Shown in pieces: positions 27,400-35,970 of a DNA stretch of 64,000 bases. Origin of the DNA: an uncultured Gemmatimonadaceae bacterium (lineage in GTDB: Bacteria > Gemmatimonadota > Gemmatimonadetes > Gemmatimonadales > GWC2-71-9); assembly GCA_964580055.1 (NCBI GenBank), contig CAZOJI010000013.1, forward strand, positions 22,018-86,017. The letters are read 5' to 3'. The translations under genes were made by a program, and so were the position numbers. Within the stretch, counting starts at the first letter, position 1. The number at the start of each line of letters is the position of its first letter. The notes beneath the pieces were generated by a model, which did not search any database, was not told where the DNA came from, and worked only from the letters and a program-made list of their open reading frames with translations.

Positions 27400-28659
27400 T
27401 TGAATCCGCCAACCCACCGCTTCTGGTCCGCCTTCGGCCCTGGCCTCCTCTGGGCCGCTGCGGCTATCGGCGTCTCCCACCTGGTCCAGTCCACGCGCGC
27501 CGGCGCCATCGGCGGGTTCGCCCTGTGCGGGGTCATCCTGCTGGCTCTGATCTTCAAGTACCCGTTCTTCGAATATGGACCCCGATACGCAGCTGCGACG
27601 CGCGAGAGTCTGGTGGAGGGTTACTTCCGGATCGGGCGCTGGGCGCTGTGGCTCTACCTGCTGATCACGATTTCCACCTGCCTCTTCGTGCAGACGGCGG
27701 TGGTGATGTTCACGGCGTACCTGCTGGGGTTTGCGTTCGGCCTCAGCTGGTCGCTGCCGGCGATCGCGGGCGTGCTCATTGGCGTGTGTGCGGCGATACT
27801 GTGGTTGGGCCGGTTCAAGGGCCTCGATTTGGCAGTGAAGTTCGTAATGGCGCTGCTCGCGGTCTCGACCTTGGCCGCCGCGATCGTATCGCTGCCGCAG
27901 GCGGATTTCTCCACCCTAGCTCTGTGGCCGAACGGTATCGGCGAGGTGATCCCGTTCGCGTTCCTGCTGGCGCTGGCAGGTTGGATGCCGTCGGCGTTCG
28001 ACATCTCGGTCTGGAGCTCGCTGTGGACTCTCGCCAAGGACGAATCCTCGGGCGTGAAGTGCTCGGTACGCGCGGCGCGGCTCGACTTTCAGATCGGCTA
28101 CGTGGGGACCGCCTGTCTCGCGTTCGCGTTCGTGATACTCGGCGCCGGAGTGATGTTCGGTTCCGGCGAGTCGTTCAGCGCGGCGGGCACAGTGTTTTCC
28201 ACGCAGTTGATAGATCTCTACAGTCAGACGCTGGGTGCCTGGACCCGGCCGGTCATACTGGTAGCCGTCGTCACCACGATGTTCTCCACCACGCTCACGG
28301 TTGTGGACGGATTTCCCCGCGCCATCGAGCGGGCGGTTCGCAATCTCCGCCTGAGTCAGCCTACCACCATAGACGCCCCGGCCGCCGGAAAGCCCTACTG
28401 GATCAGCGTGGCGGTTCTGGCGGTATCAACGGTGGCCGTGCTGGCGTTGTTCATCGGCAACCTCACGACGATGGTGGACTTCGCCACGATCGTATCGTTC
28501 TTGACCGCGCCGGCGTTGGGGTACCTGAACCTGCGAGCAGTGACGGCGCCGGAGGTGCCGGAGGAGCACAGGCCGGGCAGAGCGATGGTGGCACTCTCGT
28601 GGGTGGGATTGGTGGTGTTGGGAGGGGTTGGTGTGGTTTACCTGATTTCGTTGTTTTAG
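27400..28659 (+). CDS. Nramp-related (LeuT-fold) transporter lacking the canonical DPGN metal-binding motif
   Basis: About 11 TM. GPGLLWAAAAIGVSHLVQSTRAG aligns position for position with MntH [30 protein letters not shown] corresponds to the TM6 MPH motif. My preferred start is TTG 27400 (AAGGGG 7 nt upstream). The track ORF starts at ATG 27301 (AAGGAG upstream), but that start would place the repeat element inside the coding region. Confidence 0.8.
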   Translation: MNPPTHRFWSAFGPGLLWAAAAIGVSHLVQSTRAGAIGGFALCGVILLALIFKYPFFEYGPRYAAATRESLVEGYFRIGRWALWLYLLITISTCLFVQTAVVMFTAYLLGFAFGLSWSLPAIAGVLIGVCAAILWLGRFKGLDLAVKFVMALLAVSTLAAAIVSLPQADFSTLALWPNGIGEVIPFAFLLALAGWMPSAFDISVWSSLWTLAKDESSGVKCSVRAARLDFQIGYVGTACLAFAFVILGAGVMFGSGESFSAAGTVFSTQLIDLYSQTLGAWTRPVILVAVVTTMFSTTLTVVDGFPRAIERAVRNLRLSQPTTIDAPAAGKPYWISVAVLAVSTVAVLALFIGNLTTMVDFATIVSFLTAPALGYLNLRAVTAPEVPEEHRPGRAMVALSWVGLVVLGGVGVVYLISLF

Positions 28660-28863
28660 TGTCGGGAGAGCTTTGGATTATGATGGCGGCGGTGGGAACA
28701 GAAGTCCGTTTCGGTAGCGCGGGAAAAACCGCGGTGCGGCATTGGGTATTGCTGCACGGCTGAGGGACCTGAAGGTGCGAACGCCAGTGGGCGCCGGAAC
28801 TGCGGGCTAGACGGACTCGGCAGCAGGCCAAACAATACACTCATAGACCATATAGGAAGGCAT

Positions 28864-29961
28864 ATGTCCATTCGTGCAGCGGTGATGAAGGCTCCGGGGG
28901 AGCCGATAGAGATCTGGAACTTGAAAGACCCGGACATCGAGCCGGGGGGCATGCTGCTCGAGACAGTTGCAAGCGAAGTGTGTGGCACGGATGTCCACCT
29001 GTTTCACGGACGGTTGTCCGGGGTCCCGTACCCGATAGTGCCTGGCCACGTCAGCGTGGGGCGTGTACTGGAGATGCGGGACGTAGACGCCGACGCTCTT
29101 GGAACGCCGCTCGCCGTTGGCGACCTGGTGACCTTCTATGACGTACACGATATCTGCGGCAAATGTTTCTATTGCACGGTTACCAAGCAGACCAACCGCT
29201 GTCCCAGCAGGCGGGTTTACGGTATCACCGACTCGGCCAAGGATGGCCCGCTGGGCGGTTGGGCCGAGCGGATCTACATTAAGCCCGACGTGCGGACCGT
29301 GAAGATACCGGAGCATCTCAGTACTGACGCCGTCATCGGCGGCGGCTGCGGCATGTTCACCGGCTTCGGCGCGGTGGAGCGCAGTACCATTACGCTCGGT
29401 GACACAGTGGTGGTGCAGGGATCTGGTGCAGTTGGGTTGTCGGCCGCAGCCTTCGCTGCGCTCAAGGGCGCCACCACCGTGATTGTAATCGGCGCCCCCA
29501 CTCAGCGCCTTGAGCTGGCGAAGACATTGGGCGCCGACAAGGTCCTTTCGATTCAGGCGGATGCTCCCGATACCCGCGAGAAGGCTGTAAAGGAACTGAC
29601 CAGCGGGCGGGGGGCCGATGTCGTCATAGAGGCGTGCGGCAACGCCGACGCGATTCCTGAGGGCCTGCGTCTCGTCCGCGACGGCGGCAACTATGTGATC
29701 GTCGGACACTACACCGACGCCGGCGGGATCGAGATCAACCCGCACGTGGACATCAACCGCAAGCACGTCGAGATCCGAGGGCAGTGGGGCACGGAATTCT
29801 CGCATGTGGTGCGCGCACTGAGGGTTCTGGCGAAACACCATGAGCGGTTACCGTTCGAGCGGATCATTGGCGCACGCTACGGACTGGACGGGGCCGATAC
29901 AGCGCTTCACGACTTGGAAGCTCTGCGGGTGACGAAGGCGGTGATTGAGCCGGCGAAGTGA
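28864..29961 (+). CDS. zinc-binding medium-chain dehydrogenase/reductase
   Basis: 365 aa. ASEVCGTDVH and PIVPGHVSVGRV are catalytic Zn ligands. The Cys cluster is CGKCFYCTVTKQTNRC. The Rossmann motif is VVVQGSGAVG. Confidence 0.85.
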   Translation: MSIRAAVMKAPGEPIEIWNLKDPDIEPGGMLLETVASEVCGTDVHLFHGRLSGVPYPIVPGHVSVGRVLEMRDVDADALGTPLAVGDLVTFYDVHDICGKCFYCTVTKQTNRCPSRRVYGITDSAKDGPLGGWAERIYIKPDVRTVKIPEHLSTDAVIGGGCGMFTGFGAVERSTITLGDTVVVQGSGAVGLSAAAFAALKGATTVIVIGAPTQRLELAKTLGADKVLSIQADAPDTREKAVKELTSGRGADVVIEACGNADAIPEGLRLVRDGGNYVIVGHYTDAGGIEINPHVDINRKHVEIRGQWGTEFSHVVRALRVLAKHHERLPFERIIGARYGLDGADTALHDLEALRVTKAVIEPAK

Positions 29962-30140
29962 GTTGTGAGTAGGGAGTAGGGAAGGAACTGGAAGGAAGGG
30001 AGAGGGGAGCGGATGGCTGCGTGGCGGGTTTGGAGCGTGTCGAAATGCGTCTGCTGGCTGCACGGGGTCGTTGAGCTGCCGCCTGTCGACAGCAGTTCAC
30101 CTGGGGTTTTCGGCGAGTCTTAACCGAAGGAGCGTTGATC

Positions 30141-30593
30141 ATGATCCGTAGCGCCTCCCGCAAGGTTCTACCCTGGGCCGTACTGGTTCTCGTAACCGCT
30201 GCCTGCGGGCCAAGCATCGCGCTGTTCAGCGAACGGGCATACAACCAGGCGACCATGCTCAAGGTGAAATCCCTAGCGTTGATGGATCAGGCGACGGAAT
30301 CTTACGCCGACCACTCGGAAGACGCGGAAGAACTGAGGATCGAGGTCGAAGCCGCGTACGAGTACGCCAGGGGCCGTCCCAAGAACGAGCTGTCCGCGCG
30401 GCAGTGGGAAATCCTGCGCGATCCGGACCGTAACCTGCTCGGCGGCTTCCTGCGCCGTTGGGAACAGCAGGGGCGCCTGAGCGAGATCTTTGTCACCGAG
30501 GCAAAAGGTCTCGTTGAGGATGCATTCGACCAGATCATCGGCCTGGAGAGCGGCAAGATCAGGCCTTCCGATGTTCAACCGATAGGCTCCTAG
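30141..30593 (+). CDS. hypothetical lipoprotein
   Basis: ATG at 30141 with GAAGGAG 8 nt upstream. The signal/lipobox is LVLVTAAC. The rest is helical, and I recognised no family. Confidence 0.6.
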   Translation: MIRSASRKVLPWAVLVLVTAACGPSIALFSERAYNQATMLKVKSLALMDQATESYADHSEDAEELRIEVEAAYEYARGRPKNELSARQWEILRDPDRNLLGGFLRRWEQQGRLSEIFVTEAKGLVEDAFDQIIGLESGKIRPSDVQPIGS

Positions 30594-30641
30594 GGTTTTG
30601 AAGCTCGGCGCTCGACTCGAACTTGAACGGAGGCACAGGTA

Positions 30642-30974
30642 ATGCCCGGTTTCGACGATTTTCTCACGAGGGTGCGGCGGAAGCTCACCGACCTAGCCAG
30701 GAAGAACCTTGCAGAGCATCGCGACGAAGCAGTCGCTGACGGAAAGGCGTTTCTGGAAGAAACACGACAAGATTTGGAGCGCTGGACCGGCCTGCTCGCT
30801 GAAGGCAAACTGTCTCGTGACGACTTCGAATGGTTGGTCGCCGGTAAGAAGGACCTCGCCGAGTTGGCGTTGCTGAAGCAGAAGGGCCTGGCTCAAATCA
30901 GAATTGACCGCTTCAGAAATGGGTTGATCGACATAGTCATCGATTCCGCGGTGAACACTTTTGTACCCGGTTGA
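30642..30974 (+). CDS. hypothetical helical cytoplasmic protein (110 aa)
   Basis: ORF with protein-like charged helical composition, codirectional between the lipoprotein gene and the DUF900 gene. I recognised no family. Confidence 0.5.
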   Translation: MPGFDDFLTRVRRKLTDLARKNLAEHRDEAVADGKAFLEETRQDLERWTGLLAEGKLSRDDFEWLVAGKKDLAELALLKQKGLAQIRIDRFRNGLIDIVIDSAVNTFVPG

Positions 30975-31114
30975 TGCTGCGGCGCAAGTGACCGCAACAA
31001 GCTGAAGTCCTCGGCATCGGTGCTCAGCGCCGTTGGGTTGAGCCTAGCGAAGCGTCCCACCTATGACGCGAGTTCGACCGGCCGGTTTCGCGTAGGAAAG
31101 TGAGGAGATTGAAG

Positions 31115-32134
31115 ATGCCGCGTCTCTATTTCGCCACCAATCGAAATCCCAATCGCGCCAAGGCCCCCGATTCGTTTGGGGAAAGGTTCAATCCTCAATC
31201 CGTCGATAGCCTCAGATTCGGCACGGCAGACATTCGGGTCACGAGCCAGGAAGTCACGATCGATGGCATTGATGTAGCTGCCGAAAGGCTGAAGCAAGAC
31301 CCGAAGAAGAGCGTTCTGGGCAGCAGAGTCGTGTTTTCGGAGCTCCGAGAGAGAATGTGCGATGGCGTCGATACGGTGGTCTTCATTCACGGCTACAACG
31401 TCAGCTTCGAGGACGCTTTGCGCACCGGCGGTCGCCTGCTCGACGCTTTCGGCAGCCCTCGCCCCATCAACGTGGTTGTGTTCAGTTGGCCTTCAGATGG
31501 ACGAATGACACCTATGCTCGCTTACAAACGGGATCGCACTGACGCTGCCGCATCGGGCCCCGCTCTGGCGCGCGGGCTCCTCAAGCTGCAGGACTTTCTG
31601 CGCGAGGTGCAGCGCGGAAACGAGTGTCGTGCGAGCGTTCATTTGATGGCACACAGCATGGGCAATTACGTGCTCCGTCACGGTGTGCAGGAAGTGCGGA
31701 GGCATGCTTCGGGAAGCCCCTCGAAGGTGTTCGAAAACATCTTCCTGATGGCCGCAGACGAGGACCACGACGCCTTCGAGCACGACCACAAGCTGGCCCC
31801 GCTTCCCGGGCTCGGCAGCGCAGTGAACCTCTACTTCAATCGAGGTGACACCGCCCTGGTGATATCCGACCTCACCAAATTCAACCCTACGCGGCTGGGT
31901 TCAGAGGGCCCCCGCCTTCCCCTCAACGTACCGGGGAACGTTACGCTGATAGATGTGTCCGAGGTGGTGCACAAGGGAGTGGAGCACGACTACTTCTGGA
32001 GCAACGAAGAAACCGTGCAGGACGTTAGAGCCGTGTTGGCAGGCGAGCCGCAGGATTGCAGGGCGAATCGGCGTTACGTCCCGTCGCAAAACCGGTATAT
32101 GTTGAGCAGTTCTCGGGCGCGTCCTTCGAGTTGA
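31115..32134 (+). CDS. DUF900-type alpha/beta hydrolase (esterase/lipase superfamily)
   Basis: ATG at 31115 with GAGGAG 7 nt upstream. LYFATNRNP, VVFIHGYNVSFEDAL, VVFSWPSDG...AYKRDRTDA and the nucleophile elbow AHSMGN fit the DUF900 pattern. Confidence 0.75.
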   Translation: MPRLYFATNRNPNRAKAPDSFGERFNPQSVDSLRFGTADIRVTSQEVTIDGIDVAAERLKQDPKKSVLGSRVVFSELRERMCDGVDTVVFIHGYNVSFEDALRTGGRLLDAFGSPRPINVVVFSWPSDGRMTPMLAYKRDRTDAAASGPALARGLLKLQDFLREVQRGNECRASVHLMAHSMGNYVLRHGVQEVRRHASGSPSKVFENIFLMAADEDHDAFEHDHKLAPLPGLGSAVNLYFNRGDTALVISDLTKFNPTRLGSEGPRLPLNVPGNVTLIDVSEVVHKGVEHDYFWSNEETVQDVRAVLAGEPQDCRANRRYVPSQNRYMLSSSRARPSS

Positions 32135-32184
32135 TAGGAGTGGGGACGGGGCGTTCCCTTGTTGCCCCGACCCCGGCTACGTGA

Positions 32185-33363
32185 TCAGAGTGCCGTCGCG
32201 GGATTCTCGTCACCAACGAGTACCTGCTGGGGCCCGATCACGTTATTGCGGCCGGCGTTCTTGGCTTGATACAACCGCATGTCCGCCCGATCTATCACCG
32301 TGCGGATGTCCTTGCCGTCGGTGGGCAGTTCGGCCACGCCGATACTCACGGTCACCGTGGTTTGTTCGGCGGCCACCCTCAGCCGTTCGGCGGTCTGAAC
32401 CGCAAACTCGGCTGGCGTTTCCGGCAACAGGACGATGAACTCCTCTCCGCCGTACCTGGCCAACAGATCGCTTCTGCGCACTGACTTCTGAAAGATCTGA
32501 GCCAGGACGCGGAGCACCTCATCTCCCAGCAAGTGACCGAAGTCGTCGTTGAACTTCTTGAAGTGATCGATGTCGATCATTGCAATCGACAACAATCGGC
32601 CTGTGCGAACGGTGCGTGCAACTTCTGCTTGCATGCGCTCGTCGAAGAAGCCGCGATTGATGAGGCCGGTCAGAGGATCTTTGGCAGCGAGCCAGCGGAG
32701 TCGTTGTTTGCGCAGAGCTACATCGGTGCTCAACACAACCGAGAATACCAGGAACGCAAGACGGGTGTAGTGCGCTCCAAGACTGAACTCCCCGTATGGA
32801 CGAGAGAGAAACGGCGTCAAATCTGCGGCCCAGTTCACATTTGCGTAGGCCACGATCAAGGCATACTGGAGCACTCCGAGTAGGCCGCCAAGTACGCATA
32901 TTCGGGCATCATAACGGAGGGCCATCGCGCTTATTGCGATGAAGTACGCCGGATAGATGGTATGGCTGTTCGCGGCGATGTCGGGTCGGTCCAGAGCCAG
33001 GTAGACGATCAAGGCCGCGCTGACGAACGTGACATCCATTATGCTCGTCAGAAAACCGAACCAAGGCCGATAGAATGACCGTATGGTGAGCACGAGAACC
33101 GTGATTGCCAGAACGAGGGCAACCAATCCTGACACGAGCGCAACATTCATCAGCTCAACGCTCGGCGTCCGCACATACTGCGAAATTGGGAACACCAACA
33201 GGATCGCGATCACGAGCAGGCGGAGGTATGCGACGGTGAGTTCACCGCTGCCACCTTCATACAGCAGCAACGGATCGGGCGTTTGCCAGAAATCGCGCCA
33301 CTGCTTGACCAGAGGTCGGAAACCCCTCAAAAAGGGGAGCCATGCCTTGCGTGTTGTGTTCAT
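32185..33363 (-). CDS. membrane-anchored diguanylate cyclase (GGDEF)
   Basis: The N-terminal ~200 aa contain about 6 TM helices. The GGDEF domain has active site RYGGEEF and an RxxD I-site (RRSD) five residues upstream. Confidence 0.9.
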   Translation of the reverse strand: MNTTRKAWLPFLRGFRPLVKQWRDFWQTPDPLLLYEGGSGELTVAYLRLLVIAILLVFPISQYVRTPSVELMNVALVSGLVALVLAITVLVLTIRSFYRPWFGFLTSIMDVTFVSAALIVYLALDRPDIAANSHTIYPAYFIAISAMALRYDARICVLGGLLGVLQYALIVAYANVNWAADLTPFLSRPYGEFSLGAHYTRLAFLVFSVVLSTDVALRKQRLRWLAAKDPLTGLINRGFFDERMQAEVARTVRTGRLLSIAMIDIDHFKKFNDDFGHLLGDEVLRVLAQIFQKSVRRSDLLARYGGEEFIVLLPETPAEFAVQTAERLRVAAEQTTVTVSIGVAELPTDGKDIRTVIDRADMRLYQAKNAGRNNVIGPQQVLVGDENPATAL

Positions 33364-33465
33364 TGACTATTCTGGTTTGGCGGAACCACGGTCGATGCCG
33401 CAACGATTGAAGCTACACGGCTGCAGCCACCGGAAAAAGTGGAACCGATGACAGACCGGGATTGC

Positions 33466-34977
33466 TCAGTCGGAACGCTGCTTGTCTCTCGACATGATGC
33501 GGAACATCTGGTCCGCACCTTCCGGCGGCTTCGTCGCCATGCTCACGATCACCGTGACGAGCAGGCTCGCCGCGAAAGCGGGTATCAATTCGTACAGGCG
33601 CGGACCCAGCATGGGAGAGCGTTCCCAAACGATCGTCACCACCGTTCCGGTTATCAGTCCGGCAATCACTCCGGCTCTGGTCGTGCGTTTCCAGAACAGC
33701 GCCAGCACCGATGTGGGGCCGATCGCGGCCCCCAATCCGGCCCAGGCGAAGAGCACGAGCCAGAAGACGAGTTGTTCTGCAATTACGCCGAAGATCAACG
33801 CCGCTATGACCAACCCCACCACTACGAAACGGCTGTATAACACCAATCGGCGTTGCGGTATTACCTCGTCTCGGCGCAGGATCTTCTCGTAGAAGTCGCG
33901 CACCACGCTGGATGCCGCGACGAGTAACTGTGAGTCGGCGGTCGATATGATCGCCGCAAAGATGGAAGCCACCACGACACCAAAGAAGATCGGGTGAAGG
34001 TGCTGCGAAGCAAGCAACGGATATAGCTGCTCCGTGTCTGCATCGGGCAGCATTGTGGCTTCAGGGAAATACACCCGGCCCGCGAGACCAATGAAAAGCG
34101 CGCCCCATGCCATAACCACGTTCCAGATAGTGCCGACAACGGCGGTCGTGCGCAGCTGCCGGGGGTCGGCAATGGACATGTAGCGCACGATTATGTGAGG
34201 GTTGCCGGGCGATCCTAGACCTATTCCCACGAAACCGATGATGACGCCGGCCGAAAGGGCAACGGGGTCTACGAGAGTCGGATCGAGCGTACGAAGCTCG
34301 GAAACCACGGCTGCCAGCCCGCCCTGATCGGCGATCGCGATGGCCGGTACCACGACGAGTGCAACGATCATTATGCAGGCCTGAAGGGTGTCGCTGAGGC
34401 TCACCGCCAGAAACCCCCCGAGAGTCGTGTAGGCGAGCACAATGAGTGCGGTCAGTAATACGCCGGTGGTTGCGCTCATGCCGAAGCTGGCGGCGAAGGC
34501 CTTACCGCCACCGACGAACTGAGACGATACATAACCGACCATGAAAATCAGGATCACGACGATGAGAACCGAGCGCAGCACGCCGCTGCGGTCGCCGAAC
34601 CGAGCCGCGAAGAAGTCCGGCAGTGTCACGCAATCGTGTATCTCCGCGAAACGCCGCAGGCGTCTGGCGTAGAAAAGGAACAGAAATACTTCGGTCGTGA
34701 TAAACCCCGTCACCGCCCAGACCGCCGTCGCTCCCATGGAGTAAGCCATACCCGTCACGCCAAGGAGCAGCCAGGCGCTGCGACCCGACACTACAGCCGA
34801 GAGCGCAACCACGAAGAGATTCATTTTGCGGCCGCCCACGAAGAACTCGCTCACGCCGCTGGAAGAGAACTTCCTGGCATAAAGCCCGATGCCGACGATT
34901 ATGCCCAGGTAGCCGAGGAATGCTGCGATAGCGTAGGGGTCGGCGGCAATCTGTACGACAGCGGTTCCTTCTTGCAT
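33466..34977 (-). CDS. sodium:solute symporter family transporter (PutP/PanF-like)
   Basis: 503 aa, about 13 TM. The N-terminal pattern ...FFVGGRKMNLFVVALSAVVSGRSAWLLLGVTGMAY is typical of SSS transporters. Substrate not assignable. Confidence 0.9.
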   Translation of the reverse strand: MQEGTAVVQIAADPYAIAAFLGYLGIIVGIGLYARKFSSSGVSEFFVGGRKMNLFVVALSAVVSGRSAWLLLGVTGMAYSMGATAVWAVTGFITTEVFLFLFYARRLRRFAEIHDCVTLPDFFAARFGDRSGVLRSVLIVVILIFMVGYVSSQFVGGGKAFAASFGMSATTGVLLTALIVLAYTTLGGFLAVSLSDTLQACIMIVALVVVPAIAIADQGGLAAVVSELRTLDPTLVDPVALSAGVIIGFVGIGLGSPGNPHIIVRYMSIADPRQLRTTAVVGTIWNVVMAWGALFIGLAGRVYFPEATMLPDADTEQLYPLLASQHLHPIFFGVVVASIFAAIISTADSQLLVAASSVVRDFYEKILRRDEVIPQRRLVLYSRFVVVGLVIAALIFGVIAEQLVFWLVLFAWAGLGAAIGPTSVLALFWKRTTRAGVIAGLITGTVVTIVWERSPMLGPRLYELIPAFAASLLVTVIVSMATKPPEGADQMFRIMSRDKQRSD

Positions 34978-35096
34978 CAGCGATCTTCCTCCTCAATGCG
35001 GAGGTCGGCCCTGCGGCTCAGCTCGGCGAGCACGATCGCGGTGCAGATCAGGGCTGCTGGGAGTACGAACATGGCGAGTATGAATGGGATCGGCAT
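34977..35096 (-). CDS. small membrane protein (39 aa) translationally coupled to the symporter (DUF3311-like position)
   Basis: It is below the size cut-off of the ORF track. ATG at 35096 gives MPIPFILAMFVLPAALICTAIVLAELSRRADLRIEEEDR. Its TGA overlaps the symporter ATG (cTGATG at 34975-34979). GGAGG lies about 13 nt upstream. Confidence 0.5.
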   Translation of the reverse strand: MPIPFILAMFVLPAALICTAIVLAELSRRADLRIEEEDR

Positions 35097-35527
35097 CGAA
35101 CAGCGGGCCTCCGGGTCAGCGGGTATCTGTCCTAGAGCATCGGTTCAGGTGGGAAGGAATGTGGTGAGGAGGTCGGGGGGAGGGAAGGGCGGGGATGACT
35201 GGTGGTCGACTGGGATGCGCAGACAATTGACCGCAGGTTGACCGGGTGTATGAGCGTTTGTTGGCCCTGCTCTGTGGCTGTTCGCTCTGCTCGTGCCGAG
35301 CGCTCGATGCCTGCGGGTATTGCGCAGGCTATTCGAGGAGTCAGTGCGGAGAGTTGAGCGTCTACAAGGATCCACCAGGGGAGTACTGTATCCTCATGCC
35401 AGCCTATATCCGTAAGTCTATTGAAGACAATTACTTAAAAAAGACCAAAGCGCGTCGCGCAAGCCACCACTGGCGGAGTGCCGAATCTGGGTGCACATTA
35501 GATGGCCATTCCACTCGGGCTAACGTC

Positions 35528-35620
35528 ATGGACGACGTACTGAAGCGCCTAGGGGAAGCACTCGCCGGAAGGTGTACGATCGAACGAGAGATCGGTCGTG
35601 GGGGCATGTCAGTGGTACTT
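35528..35620 (+). pseudogene. N-terminal fragment of a Ser/Thr protein kinase gene (glycine-loop only)
   Basis: MDDVLKRLGEALAGRCTIEREIGRGGMSVV parallels the N-terminus of the intact kinase at 39393 (MYELLDRAKDALNGRYDIECELGSGGMAVV). Kinase similarity stops after about 31 codons. Confidence 0.4.
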
Positions 35621-35970
35621 CCCATAAGACCTTTCAATGGTTTGCATGTTCTCCATGAAAGAAAGGTCAACCGAAAGCTCCCGCAGCGTCGCGAGATGCG
35701 TTGCACCCAAAGCGTTGGGATCCTGAGACAACCCCGCAAATCAGGCCACAGTCAAGAAATCAGAATCACTTCAACTATGAGCGTAGAATGAGGCGGGCAT
35801 GGGTATTCCCGCCTTCGCATGAAGGGGTGGTTCGTCGCAGACTGAAGAGATAGACAGTTCGGTTCATTCCCTTCTGGGGAAGGGGAATGGTGCGTTTCTT
35901 GGGCACTCCTCGACGACACCGTGTTTGCCGATCGGATGTCGTCAATCAACCAGAATGACTGGAGGTAAGG

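Noticed and set aside
35246-35527. Cys-rich peptide-like ORF (LLALLCGCSLCSCRALDACGYCAGYSRSQCGEL) in frame with the kinase N-terminal fragment. I considered it as a possible RiPP or metallothionein-like precursor.
   Set aside because: The Cys codons come from a low-complexity DNA stretch (repeated gctctg/tgc). There is a GTG start with no RBS and no partner modification genes. It is more likely non-coding sequence in a rearranged region. I would revisit it only if it is conserved.
35788-35890. Two short hairpins between the kinase fragment and the orphan gene: aggcggg/cccgcct at 35791-35814, and cattccctt/aaggggaatg at 35865-35889.
   Set aside because: The stems are short (7-9 bp) and one is imperfect. 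Neither has a U-tract or a repeated counterpart in the window. This is insufficient to call a terminator, sRNA or mobile-element end.
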